DNA from: Lytechinus pictus
Taxonomy: Eukaryota
DNA: 64,000 bases
Reading direction: 5' to 3'
Assembly: GCF_037042905.1 (NCBI RefSeq)
Contig: NC_087250.1
Span: 10,604,001 to 10,668,000, forward strand
The translations under genes were made by a program, and so were the position numbers. Below are positions 25,469-38,676 of this stretch, one piece after another (position 1 is the stretch's first letter; each line of letters begins with the position of its first letter). The notes beneath the pieces were generated by a model that was not told the origin of the DNA, ran no database searches, and saw nothing but the letters and a program-made list of their open reading frames with translations.

Positions 25469-26919
25469 ACATTACATTAACAATTCCCTACAAGGGTGAA
25501 ATCAGTCATTCGACTTTTTTTTTAATATGAAATGTGATATTAAAACAGTGAAAATTCCATCAACATACATTTCATGTGAATTAAAATTAATCAATGTGTG
25601 CGAGTAAAAAGATTAAATTTCAAAGATTTTAGGAAAGGTCGACGTAGCAATCTTTAAATATATATAGCCTTATTATAGAGCGCTTTCTATATTCAATATT
25701 AAAAATCAGGCTCTAAATTAGATTTAAATTATTTCTTTTGAAATGTAACTTAATATGGTGATTAATCAATAACACTCTCTCTATAAAGCTGAATTTCAAA
25801 ATTCGGATTTAAATTGAATAAAAAATATTAATTTCTAAAACTATGTTAATATGGTAAATAGTTTGCATTCAAATTTCTGCAGTAGTACGCCATTTCAGAG
25901 AATATAGGTTAAAGAATACATTTTCAAATTAGATATCAATACCTTTACTTTAATTCAATTGAATTAAATATAAAGTAAAGTTTCACGTGAGCCTTTTGTT
26001 ATGTATTGTAAGAACATGGGATTTATAATTACAATCAACCAAAGCTTTTATAAATCAATTCAATGTTCACTAATATTAGATTCTTAGAAAATAAAGTGTA
26101 GATTAGATGACTCGAAATAATACATTTCTTTCGTATATTTGTTATTATTATTATTTATTTATTTGTTTGTTTGGCGCCAACAGTGCCCGGAGTATAAAAG
26201 CGAACCGAATCACTGCGGTGCACATGTCTCTAATACCGATATAACTGATTAGAGTCGATATCTACTGTATATGCGAAGGTATCTATAGCACAATATATTG
26301 ACTGCTTGGTTGTGTAATATGAAATTCTATGACTCATTCAATTGAATTATGTTTCGCTTCGGACCATTATTTTTCCTATACAAGAATACTATTTCAGTGG
26401 AAAGAAATGTGACGATACACACCCTATAGTTCTATATTAAAGCTTATATTAAACCTACCTTTATTTTGGGTAAGTCCCTCACAAGTGAATGCCACTAACC
26501 CTATTCATTTCTAGATTATATGAATATGTGTGCCTTAAAACGGTTGCCATGTGAAAGATATAAAAACGAAAATGCGTTTTCTCACTTTGTATGTCCTGTC
26601 CAAACACACACACCTTGTTTGATTATTGTGGTAATTGTATGTAAGTGTATGATTATTTTTTCATTCAATTCATTTCGAGCCAATGAATGGTTCATACAAC
26701 ATGGGTGAACTCTAATCGTAAGCTTAAAAAAACCGTGTGTTATTATATAGGCTTGATAAGGAGTTTTATAGCAAGTAGATCAAATAATGTCCCACCCGAA
26801 TACAAAATAATCAAATAAATGAAATGAATAGTCAATAAAAAATGATTAAGAAGGTAAATGATAATAGATGAAAAATAATAAATATAAGATATACTGATTC
26901 AGGTGCTTGCAGCTTTTTG

Positions 26920-27071
26920 AGGAATTATTTCCTGCCATTCACCTTACCTGGGTTGAGAACAGCATATTGTGCATAGATTCGTGCTGAAGGGAATTACGCC
27001 ATGGGTTGGATTCGAACCCACGACCCTCTGTTAAAAAAGTCCAGAGACTAATCCACTGGGCCACAGCGCTC
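26920..27071 (-). mobile_element. SINE 5' part (shared with 61148-61298)
   Basis: CACCTTACCTGGGTTGAG...GGATTCGAACCC...CACTGGGCCACA. Confidence 0.75.
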
Positions 27072-27416
27072 CACAGCAGTGCCGTTGTGGGAATAAAGAA
27101 AGGAATTACTTCCACTGATCCCGTTTTATACCTCTGCAGGTTCAAGGACCTCTTTGTACAGCTACTTATATTTCCCGTACATTTGATTTTTATATACCAC
27201 AGTGTTTAGTAATTATGTGAAGAGAAATAATATGTAGAAATACACTATTTGATGTAATTGATGATTAAATGTATATGTGCGTGATTATCATAAAAATGTT
27301 TTTATTTTCTTTCATTATTTCATATACTGTATTGTTTTACACTTTAACATAAACATCGGAAGTTTCCAAGAGGAAACCCTGAAAATGTTATTTAATAAGC
27401 ATCATTAGATGATTTC

Positions 27417-27621
27417 CAAGGGCGTAGACTGGGGAGTGCACGTGCACCCTCCCGCTGAGGCAGAGGAGTTCCGACACTGGCAGGCAAAACGAAATTTGTA
27501 CCCCTTCTTCTGCTTTCAACAGCGGATTTTCCAAACTTTGGTCCCACCTCCCCAAGATGTGCGCCCCCCTCCATATCACTTTAGGTCCTCCTCCCCATGC
27601 TTAAACCAGCCTACGCCCTTG
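27417..27621. mobile_element. Short TIR element (shared with ~61640-61840)
   Basis: CAAGGGCGTAGACTGG / CCAGCCTACGCCCTTG; no clear TSD. Confidence 0.55.
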
Positions 27622-27663
27622 ATTCCTAATAAGTAACGTAGTTATTATTTTCTCTCCATAGCC

Positions 27664-28024
27664 GGCAAATTGCCAATACGTCCACTGCCAACTCGTCCAT
27701 TCACCACATGATCTAGCTTCATTTAGTCTAATGCCATTCCGTCCATCAAGATCTCGTCTACCAACCATTTGGTCCAATCATCACTCCGTCTAATCACCAG
27801 TTCGTCTATTACCATTTCGTTTAATAACCAGTTGGTCTAACACCCATTTCCTTTTCATTAATTTTGCACAATTAACACTTTAGTTTAATTAGACCAAGTG
27901 GCATATGGACTAAATGGCTATTGGACCAACTGGTCAGGGACCTGGGAACGATTTTTTCAGTGGGGGTGCTGAAATCTCTCCTCAGAGGTGGGGGGGGACA
28001 GACACAATTGAGTTTAACATTATT

Positions 28025-28059
<35 letters not shown>

Positions 28060-30291
28060 AAAATATACAATCACTTCTTGGCTTTCTTCTTATAAAAGAA
28101 CATAAATATATAATTAGATAATTCGAGCGCGAAGCGCGAGCTATTTTTTGTGGAAATTTCATGTATTTTGTCCTGAAAATTGAACATTTTGAGCAATGTT
28201 TGTGGTCCAAGATGCGTATGTAACAAATAATAATTGTGAGCGCGAGCAGATATTTTTTTTATATACGCTCTGGCCTGATCGAAAGGGACGTGTTATAGGA
28301 CTGTTTTACAGTTACCCATGAAGACGATACATATATCAACAATCAAATAATGCGAGCGCGAAGCGCGAGCTGAAAAATTTAACATTCCGACCTAAATACT
28401 GGACATTCTAAGCACGTTTTTTAATTATGAGCAGGATAGGTATATTTACAATTGATGCGAGCGCGAAGCGCGAGCGGAAACAAAATTGAGATTTCAGACC
28501 CAAAAAACGAGAGATTCTAAGTACTTTTCTAATCATGATGAGTATAGGTATAAAACTATACAATTGATGCAAGCGCGAAGCGCGAGCGGAAATAAAAATG
28601 AGATTTCAAACCTAAAAACGAGACATCAGTGTACTTTTCTAATCATGAACAGGATAGGTATATAACTATACAATTGATGCGAGCGCAAAGCGCGAGCGGA
28701 AACAAAATTGAGATTTCAGACCTGAAATGTAAATCAAGAAAATGATGGGTAATTGGATATATTCTTAAATTAATAATGTGAGCGCGAAGCACGAGCAGAA
28801 CAATTTTTATATTCTGATCTGAAACTCCACACTGAATGTAAAATGGTTTGAACAGATAAAGAATACTCAGACGAACATAAGAATAAAGATTTGATCAAAA
28901 TCAGACAAGGAATCACAGTTATTGAATTTTTAAGATTAGCATTATTCCCCACTTGTTCTTTTGTATTTTATTATATAAAATTAGGTTTATTCAATATTTT
29001 CCTTTCAAGAACCAAAACAGTTGAATTGACAACTGATTTAGTCCATTAGATATTCTTTGCTGCAACTTATTCCATTATAAGGGAGACATATATCATTCAT
29101 TCTGGTATGAAAAAATGAAACAATTTTGATTCCACAAGGAACAGCTAGGATAGTGGGGATGTGACAGCATTGATCAGCCCACCTATTAAATATTCATGAC
29201 GACATGCATATCACCATTTTCATAAAATATTGCTAAACTTTAGAATTAAATAACTTAAGTAATCCTTATCAGATTTTGATAAAATGTATTTATTTTGATA
29301 AAATGTATTTGATATAAATATTTTCGGCCCGGAGTACACCCCCCCCCCCAAATCAAGCTGCGTATCTGAATAAAACATGCGTGCGCGTGTTTAGAGTTAG
29401 ACCTAGTATCTGGGCATTCTAAATACATTTTTTTATGATAAAAATAAATAATGCGAGCGCGAAGCGCGAGCAGAAAACATTTGATATTCCGATCTGAAAG
29501 AGGGTGAATTTAAACACTATTTCAAGTAATGTGTCGGAAAATTCTGAAGGGGGGGGGGTCTACAAAACGTCGTTCATTTTCATTACATTTCTGTCATTTA
29601 TCATACCTACCACTAGATTTCTAGGAGGTGCGCTGCCTATATATATGGAAAATAACACACGCAGCACCCCCAAATTTTGGGGGTGCTTCACCCCGAACAC
29701 CCCCGATTCCCAGCCCGTAAGGCCATGGGGCAGGGCGAAAAAGACTGTGAAATTTGATTTCTATTACTTGTAATTTTTGTATACAATACACGGGCGGTCG
29801 GGCGCGCGCTCACTAAATTGATTCGACATAAAACCTGGAAGTTTCAAGTCCAACCACCCCAGTGTGTATCACGTATTGCGCGCGACTACGTTTGTATCGG
29901 AGTGCTGCCCCGCCAGAGCTTGATTGAGTCGCGTTATATAGGAGGGATGTTATTGGAATATGTGAAAGACTATGTAAATGATTTGCGATTGTCTGATGTG
30001 ATAATTATGTACATTATAACATATTAAAACAAATACAGGGGGAACCTAATTTCGTGGGGGTGCTGCCTATGAAAAATAATACACGCAGCACCCCCAGGAT
30101 AATTTCTGGGGGTGCTTCAGCACCCCCAGCACCCCCGCTTCTCAGGTCCCTGCAACTGGTTATTAGACAGAATGGCATTAGACTAAATGAAAGTAGACCA
30201 TGTGGTGAGTGGACAAACTGAGGGTAGACCAAATAATAGTAGACGAGTTGGCAATCGGACGAATTGGCATTAGACGAATTGGAAATAAACC
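27664..30291. mobile_element. Host MITE of the 24436 family (reverse orientation), split by a nested element
   Basis: GGCAAATTGCC...GGAAATAAACC ends; TSD CCATAGCC/CCATAGTC. Confidence 0.75.
27935..30152. mobile_element. Non-autonomous hAT-like element carrying a GCGAGCGCGAAGCGCGAGC array
   Basis: TIR CAGGGACCTG(G/A)GAA; perfect 8-bp TSD CAACTGGT at 27927-27934 and 30153-30160. Confidence 0.88.
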
Positions 30292-32042
30292 CCATAGTCT
30301 TACGGTAGGGGGTTTTCACTCGGAGATGTACGGAGGATTCAGGATCAGAGTAAATATATTGTCAATGCCCGTCATGACAAAGAACTACAAAGAAGTCTTT
30401 GTCAAAATGTTGTGAACCGAATAGAAGTTTACTCCTTGATTCTGAACGAAAGACATATTATTTGCAATTTATCGTCAGCTCTGGAACTTTCGAGAAAACT
30501 GCTGTTTCAATTTTCGATAAAGACATCCCAGCTGTTTGTTTTGTCATTTGACGGGCATTTGGCATTCACCCAGTTCTTGAATCCTCCGTTACGTGTGGTT
30601 GCTGAACAAAAACTCCTTACCGCTTATTATAGTGTCCGTACATGCCATATGGACGCTTCTGACGTAAGCCTTCATTATCGCAACATTTGAGTTACCGATT
30701 AGCTTAAAAATATCAGGAGATTCTTGTCTGGCCTGAAGGCTTGTTATTATATTGATTGCATTAGCTGCAAGATAAGAATTTATTGATTACATTTTTTGAT
30801 ATTTTGAAAAAGTTGAACGATTCCTTTCAATAAATACCTGACTCAGCATTATCTTTTCTATCAACGTGAAGCTCATACCCACTACCCTCGTCTTCGACTC
30901 GGAAACTGCGGTACTTGAAGTACATAGTCAATCCGCCTTCACTGCCTATATCTATGTGTAGACGATAGTCTCTCAACTTGTAATAACGTGGATGATTTCG
31001 TTGCCGAGCCAGAATTCCTTTGAAAGGTTACTGAAGCCATGCTTGAAATCATTCCACGATCGTTCAAAGTCAACACGCCCATCGTACGGCATTTGTATTA
31101 TCTTTACATAATGGATATCAACCGTAAAATCAAAATAAAATAAACACACATGTCCAGACAAATAAAACGAGGTCTTTTGAAAATATCATGTTACATCATT
31201 ATGTCACAAGGCTATATAACTTAAGTTATGCTTATTCAAAGTGATGCCTGAATCTCAATAATTTTATAAAATGAAGACTTTCCTTTCGAACATACTCAAC
31301 ATTCCGTATTATTTATGATCACCTATATACATAAAGTCATTTGTGTTAATCGAGCAATATCTACGGTACGGAGTCCATGAAAACCCTTTAATTTATTCCT
31401 TGAGTATTTGCTCTGGTTGAGTAATAAAAATGCACTTTTTTGCCAATCTTTCGACAAGTGATATTTTTATTCATTCAGATACCGCCCGACAAGTGACTTT
31501 GGTGTTTTTTTTAATTCAAACTGCTTTTACTCATTACTGCGTGAAACTGAATCCAATCTCATAATAGAGGTTTTGTGAAAGTTAACCAATGTCCCTCATG
31601 ACAAAAAACAAGCTAGAAGTTTTCAGCGAAAATTTGAAAAATCAAAACCTCAGTTTAGTCCTTGACTTTGGACAAACGACATATTTGCAATATTTCGTCA
31701 GCTCCGAAACTCGGAACGAAACTGTTGTTCCAGTTCACCTATTTTCGACAAAGCCCTCCCAGCTGTCTATTTTCATTTGAAGGGCATTTCCAATACTTCT
31801 ACTGCGTTCTCGGATCCGTCCTATGTCGCGAAGCGGAAACTCACCACACTGCAAAATATCTGGTGTTGATTTAACACCAGCCTGGAATCGATATCCACAC
31901 CAGAGAAGTGTTAAACAACACCAGTTTCGCTTTGGTCTAACACCAGATGGGTGTTTATACAACTCTGTTATTATTAAAACAACATCGGTTTGATTCCAAA
32001 CTGGTGTTGTTTCAATACTTCTCTGGTGTGGATATATATATA

Positions 32043-34081
32043 CACAACAAAAAAAGTAAGTCCCCCCTTAAACAAACATCAATAATTTCCGAACAAATGC
32101 GAGTTTTTAATATATTTTTACATGAGCGTGTAGGTAATTTTATAGGCTACCCTCTGAGTAAATGTTATGGACGTATTTTACGTCATGCTTCAGTGAGCAC
32201 CGTCAGAAGGCAAAAATGTAACTTTCCAAAAGTCACAAGCCAAATATCATGACTTTGATTCCATTTTTATTGGAACTAATTCCACATTCTCATCATGAAA
32301 AATAGTCAGAAGGCTTGTAAAAGGTACTTTCTAAAAGACGATACAACTTTTCTGGCTAAATTTCACGGTTGAATGAACACAAGTCCAAATTTGCTATAAT
32401 TGGATTTTTTACACATTTCTATCAATAAAAATGATAGAATATGATGACAGTTATTTTTGGGAAGAGTATCTTCAACAATATTCATTGTTTCACGGTTCAA
32501 TGAACATTTATTGAAAACAAAAGATACGATTTTCAAATATCATAGGCAAGTATTGTTTCATTTTGGTAACTGAAAATGATCTTTTCTCAACTTTTTCGTT
32601 ATGTTCATGACCAATTAACATGCTTCAATGATTCAAAGGCGTTTAATTAAACATTCACACTTGAATGAACATGTGGAATGTGATAAGCTCTTTTTTACGT
32701 TATTGGAAAAAATGCAATTTGTAACTATGGATATCTATCACAAACCTCCTTGCATGGTTCATTTGATTTGATTTTTATGAAAATCCCGATGTTTAATGCA
32801 TCAGTGAGCACACAATATTCGAAAATTATGCAAATGAGAAGAAAGTTCAAGGCCCTGGCCCCACTCTGTGCCGTATCAAATGGTTATTTTGGTGTGCGCA
32901 CATTTTGGATAATGTTACACTGAAGCCATGTGCGAAGTTTCATGAAATAACTGTTGGCAGAAGTAACAAAAACCGTCCATGAAACAAACCCTCATTTCAT
33001 ATTTGTTAAAATGTTGACTTCCTCTCTCATAGACTTGTGTACATTATGGGTGCATATGTTTAAGAATAAGTAACCCACTATTCAATGTGGTGGAACTTTT
33101 TTTCAAGGCTGTCTTTAGAAATGTCATTTTGCAGTAATGTTTATCAACCTATGGGCAGGTTTCTGTGCAAAAATGAAATCGATTTGTTTATTTATGGATG
33201 AGTGAGCACACATCAAAGTGGGAAATTGGGTATTTTCAATGTCACAGACCCATTTTAAATGGTAATAAAGTGAATATTGGGGGCAAATTCGGTTTCAAAT
33301 GAGACTTTAATTGCTTTTGTTTTTATCATCCATCATTTCTATCACCATACACTTTCCGAAGTTTTAAAATTTTCATGGTTGAGCGAGCACATTCGAAAAC
33401 CTAGGAATGAATACTCTTTATACTGCATAAATGTATTTTTTCTTACAAATTCTCATGATCAGTTTAATTTATGGACAAATCAGTGGTGGATCTAGAATTT
33501 TAAAATGGGGGAGGGGCCTATAATCGGGGGAGCCACCAACATTTTCAAATTTTAACATGATCTAACAAGTTGTAGAGGATACTACCATAAACCCCTTTGG
33601 TGATACGTCACTATACGGGGGCCGCGGAACGGTTTTCAAAGTGGGGGGGGGGGGGGGGGGCTGACCATGCAAAAAATCACAATCGTATGGTCATTTTTAC
33701 ATTTTTGTACATGCTTTTGGAAAAAAGTAGGGGGTGAGCCCCCCCCCCCCCTGCGGCCCCTGCATTATTGTGCTCACTCAACCATGAACATACGATATCA
33801 AAATTGTGTGTTGAGTGGCTAAATGATGGATAGTAAAACAGCATTAACACCATAAAATTCACCTAAAAACAACTTTTGCCCAGCTTTGTATTTGCACAAT
33901 CTGAAAAACGACTCTTGTGACTTTCAAAAATGGTCATTTTTAATTCAATCTTCAATTACTCATGCATGACTCAACCGATCAATCTCATTTTTCCCTAGAG
34001 GTTGCTCAATGAGTGTAGAAAACCACCTACGAAATATCATATCTCAAAATAATTTAGGGGGGACTTACTTTTTTTGTTGTG
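32043..34081. mobile_element. 2-kb non-autonomous TIR element with TA TSD (Tc1/mariner-like)
   Basis: CACAACAAAAAAAGTAAGTCCCCCCT / AGGGGGGACTTACTTTTTTTGTTGTG; near-identical copy 61899-63950; nested in a CAC-type MITE (~31847-34128). Confidence 0.9.
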
Positions 34082-34307
34082 TATAGATTCCGGGCTGGTG
34101 TTAGATCAACACCGGAGTTCTTGCAGCGTATAACATGAAAAGAAGAGGGGTTTTGGCAGCACACAATACACATACAATCCGTTGAGCTCTATTTTCTCTG
34201 ACATGTTAGGAGTTAAGGAAAGAAGACATACCATCCAGTCATGAGCATCGTGGCTGCAGAATATACTGTACGGTGCTTTGTGAACGCCGTCCGATGTGAT
34301 GAAACAG

Positions 34308-34748
34308 GGTCCCGTAACACGAGGTTAGCGATGAATCGTACGCTTGATTCTTACGATTGATCGGACATTATAGTCAATGGCCCATATTCTGAAGTCGGGT
34401 TTAACTTAAACTCAGGTTTAAAGTTGTGGTTTAAGTATGGGAAGCCAAAAGTATCATTTTTTAATTAAGTTTTATGTTTCTTATGTTTACTGTGATCTTT
34501 CCTGATTCATTGATGGTGAAGACAATAATCTTTTTATACTTCCTAGACAATTATGAATGATTTGAGAGCCAAATGAGCTGAAATATTACATCTCTACTGT
34601 GAGTGATTTATGTAACAATTGGCTGACCATACTTAAACCACAACTTTAAACCTGAGTTTAAGTTAAACCTGACTTCAGAATACGGGCCATAGGAATCAAT
34701 CGTAGAAAAAGGTTCTATGATGATTGCTAAGCTTTGTGTTATGGGCCC
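34308..34748. mobile_element. PIF/Harbinger-like MITE inserted in a FReD exon, with a nested MITE at 34379-34688
   Basis: TIR GG(T/G)CCC(G/A)TAACAC; CAG TSD at 34305-07 and 34749-51; inner long TIR GGCCC(A/G)TATTCTGAAGTC. Confidence 0.85.
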
Positions 34749-34884
34749 CAGATCTGATAAATATCATCCTCGAGGTGACCAGCGTAATACGCAGCCTGAC
34801 AGTCAGAATGACACGCTTGGAAGGAAACATGGGTAAGCATAGGCTAATCCTAATGGTAGTAATTATACGTATGAAAAAGGAAGA

Positions 34885-35640
34885 TGTGATGACGATGATG
34901 ATGATGATGGTAATGATAATGATGATATTGATGATAATGATACTGATGATGATGGTGTTGATGATGATGATGATGGTCACGGTTAATGATGAAGACGATG
35001 ATAATGGTGAAGGAGTGATCATGAAGAAGATGGTAATGATGATATGATGACGATGATAATAATGCTGGTCATGATTGGTGACGATTGTAATGGTGATGTA
35101 TTGATGATGATGATGATGAAGAAGATGATGATGATGAAGATGAATAACAATAATGTAGGTATATTTGTCCAGGGAAGCCACTTCAGTTCTGAAAACTGTT
35201 CTCCCAGCGTACCCTGCTATTATCAAAGCCCCGGCCTTAGCTGGGCTGCCTAGGTGCTCAAGCATTTAAGGAATTTCTTCCTAACGGGTACCCATTCACC
35301 TCACCTGGGTTGAGTGCAGCACGATGTGGATACATTTCTTGCTGAAGGAAATTACGCCATGGCTGGGATTTGAACCCACAACCCTCTGATTCTAAGTCAG
35401 AAGACTCATCCACTGGGCCACAACGCTCTATGAAGATGGTACTGATGATATGATGATGACGACGATAATGATGATGCAATGATGATGTTGAAGTTTTAAT
35501 GAAGTTGATGATGTAATGATGGTGATGATGATATAATGATGATGGTAGATGATAATGATAATGGTAATGATAATCATGATGATGACGACGATAATGATGA
35601 TGTTGAAGTTTTAATGAAGATGATGATGGTGGTGATCGTG
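34885..35640. repeat. Degenerate (ATG)n microsatellite interrupted by a SINE (~35213-35428, minus strand)
   Basis: GAT/ATG runs; SINE core GGGTACCCATTCACCTCACCTGGGTTGAGTGCA and A/B-box head. Confidence 0.85.
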
Positions 35641-35959
35641 ATGAGAATTTCTCGCATGGAGATTTTGATAACAACGTATATGTTAAACATTTATTTTTCG
35701 AAAAGCCTTCAAAACTACGTTTCGAGTTATCTAGGAGATATCGTAAGGTAAATCTTTATTCATACAAGCAGTAGCTCTGAGGCAGTCCATCAGATGACAA
35801 CATATCTTCGTACTTACCGAGCACTGACTTTACCCAGATTAAAAAATGAAATGAAAAAAAGAGGAAAACAAATCAGGAAAATGAAATCAGTTATCTGAAT
35901 TAATACCTTCGCTTAATTTAAGCGAAGCACTATGCGATTCTTTATTCATCGAACTGGAA

Positions 35960-38676
35960 CAGTGCTCAGGGAAACATATCATTGTAGGAAATTGCATAGA
36001 GCCCCATCGTTGGACATTAATTCATTTATTAAGGAGTTTGATAGCCTTTTGATCAGTCTTTCCACGGAAAATAAAAGGGTATTTTTGACGGGCGACTTAA
36101 ATATAGATATTTTAAAACACTACTCAAATTCTCAAAGTAAGAACTTTGTGAACTGTCTTTTCAGTTATTTTTTTCTCTCTTTAATTCACAGGCCCACAAA
36201 AATTACTAAGACAAGTGCCACCCTTTTAGATAATTTTCTGACAAATCAATTTGGCTTAGATACTAAAGGTGCAGTGATATACTCTGACGTGTCAGATCAC
36301 TTACCAATATTTCATATAACTTACATGAATGTTAGTAAAATTAAATCGACAAATTATACCGTACTCCGTAGGTCTTCTACAACACAAAACATTGCGAAAT
36401 TTAAAAGCGAAATCTAAAATTCAAATTGGGATGAAATTTTTAATATGCAGGATGCTAATCAATCATATGACATATTCATAACCAAATTTACTACATTGTA
36501 TAATAACAATTTTCCATTAAAAACACCTAGTAAGAAAATTAAACTGAAATGCTGGATTACCGATATGGTTTGCTTCAATCTATTCGACATAAAACAATCT
36601 ATATAAGAAAAATTATCCATAAACCAACAGTTGGAAACGAACTTAAATACAAAGATTCTCTTAAACAAGTTAACTGTTTGAAACGGCAGGCTATAAACAT
36701 TATTATAAATCTTAATTTGAAGAATATAAAAATAATATAAATCGTACGTGGCAAATGATCAAATCAATATTCAATAAAAGAAAAAAAATCAACCTCCAAC
36801 ACTATAGTTTGTGATAAAAGTAGATCGTCAGACCCGTTCCAAATAACGAATACTTTTAATATTTTCTTCGTTGAAATAGGTCAAAATTTAGCTAATATCA
36901 CTCTTCAAAATAATACAGATTTCAGAACTTATCTATCTGAACCAAATTCAAAATCTTTGTTTTTAAATCCGGTCAGCCAACGTGAAATATGTAACATTGT
37001 CATGCGTTTCGATAACAATAAAGCCCCGGGTCTTGATGAATGCTCACTTAGATTGTTAAACTTGTAATCGAATTAATCAGCGAACCTTTATGTCATATAT
37101 TCAATCTATCCTTTAACCTCTGGGATATTTTCTAAAATATTTGAAAATATTATTTATAATAATTTTCTTGAAAATAACAAGAGTCTTTTTGAATCTCAAT
37201 ACGGACTTCGTGGTGACCACTCAACAGAACTAGCTATTCTCGAATTAACAAATACCATAATTGGCTCCTTTGAGCACGACTCATTCGCAATAGGGATATT
37301 TATTAACTAGTCAAAGGCGTTTGACACAATTATAAGGGTCATTACTTGGCCCACTTTTGTTTATTTTATTTATTAATGACATTTATCTTTCGTCAAATCT
37401 ACTTTCCTTTATCATGTACGCCGACGATACCAATATTGTTTATTTTGATAGAAATCTTTATCACTTGTGTGAAACTGTAAATACTGAACAAACAAATGTT
37501 TGTAAATGGTTTTGTGCAAACAAGCTTACCATTAACTATAAAAAATGCAATTACATTATATTCCGTAACTCCACAAGGCGTATTGATCTTAATCATGTCG
37601 TGGTGAAACTTAACAACCAAATTATTCCCAGAGTTGAAAATACTAGGTTTCTTGGCGTTATCATTAATAGTAATTTAACATGGATACATCACAGAAATGA
37701 AATTTAGAACAAAGTTGCAAAAAATATTGTAATAATACATGGCCTAAGGTTTTACTTGTCTAAAACTGTATTGCGTACATTATATTGCTCTTTAATCTTG
37801 CCATATTTTTATGACTGTAATTTGGTCTGGGCGAACACATACCAAACCCATCTTAAGAAATTATGTTCCCTTCAAAATGAAATTGTACGTATTATTTCTC
37901 CATATGACAAGATACCACTAGCAAATACTAAAAATGTGTTTCATTCCCTAAAATTGTTGAAATTAGACGACATCAATAAACTTCAACAGTGTCATTTTCT
38001 CTACAGGTGTTTAAATTATCAAATTCCACAAAAATTCCGTGATTTGTTTACGCATGTTTCCAACATACATTATTGTGATACCCGCTCAAATAATCAAATA
38101 TTCATTCCCAAACATAGAACAATAGTCTTCCAACACAACACTCGTTATACTGGCCCCAAAATATGGAACGAAATTCAGGATTACATAAAAAAATCTCTAT
38201 CGCCAACTAGCTTTAAGTATAAAATGAAGAAAACAAAAATGCTTCTGTCATTTCATATAATTATGAATATTTTTCACCTTACGTTTCCTTTTGACTCTAA
38301 GTTAACATGATAATATGAACCATGGACAATTGTTGTTGCGGCATTTATATTTTGCCCCCCCCCACTGATACATTTGTTGAGCATTCTATTTTATACAGTA
38401 ATTCATGCCCGCTTCCTTGCTCACGTATCCCTCTCTCGTTCCCTTTCCTTCTCTTCTTTTCTCTGCCCTTTCCTTTGTATTGTCTATTGTATTGTATTTT
38501 TTACTATAGGCGTATCCCGCCACAAGCCTCGGCTTTTAGGGTATACGCCTTCTTCTTTAAACCAAACATGTACATATTTATATTCTTCATAACAATTAGA
38601 TTTTTGTATGAATTAATGTTTATGAAAAATGTTTTGAAATGGAAGAAAATAAATGTTTATTTGAATTGAATTGAAT
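35960..38676 (+). mobile_element. Decayed non-LTR retrotransposon (CR1/L2-group LINE), ORF2 remnants
   Basis: APE motifs LTGDLNID, PTKIT..SATLLDNF, SDHLPIF; RT motifs KAPGLD, SKAFDT, YADDT; many stops and frameshifts; (TTGAA)n tail at ~38661-38675. Confidence 0.92.

Larger units (their letters stand above)
11199..27632 (+). repeat. Segmental duplication, copy A (paralogous to 39168-61852)
   Basis: Colinear homology from ACGTCAGG(G)CGGC...GGGTGAC(G/A)TAGGTCTTGA through the GPCR to CCAGCCTACGCCCTTGAT. Confidence 0.9.
30838..34815 (-). pseudogene. FReD paralogue pseudogene (exons 34815-34232 and 31101-30838)
   Basis: CHSDCQAAYYAGHLEDDIYQIC/FITSDGVHKAPYSIFCSHDAHDWM split by a MITE; IIQMPYDGRVDFERSWNDFKHGFSNLSKEFWLGNE.. 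then a frameshift/stop at ~30975 before ..FRVEDEGSGYEL..; splice sites match the + strand gene. Confidence 0.88.

Noticed and set aside
28123..29471. CRISPR array (conserved repeat with spacers)
   Set aside because: Spacers are ~90 bp and homologous to one another, the context is eukaryotic, there are no cas genes, and the array lies inside a TIR element
30590..30690. Terminal exon of the minus-strand FReD pseudogene
   Set aside because: No FST..DND or GW..C motif seen in the minus-strand frames I read
34696..35751. His/Ile/Met/Asp-rich ORFs
   Set aside because: Translations of an (ATG)n microsatellite and a SINE
35932..38310. Separate protein-coding genes or an active reverse transcriptase system
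   Set aside because: Fragments of a single decayed LINE ORF2 with stops, frameshifts and an internal RT deletion
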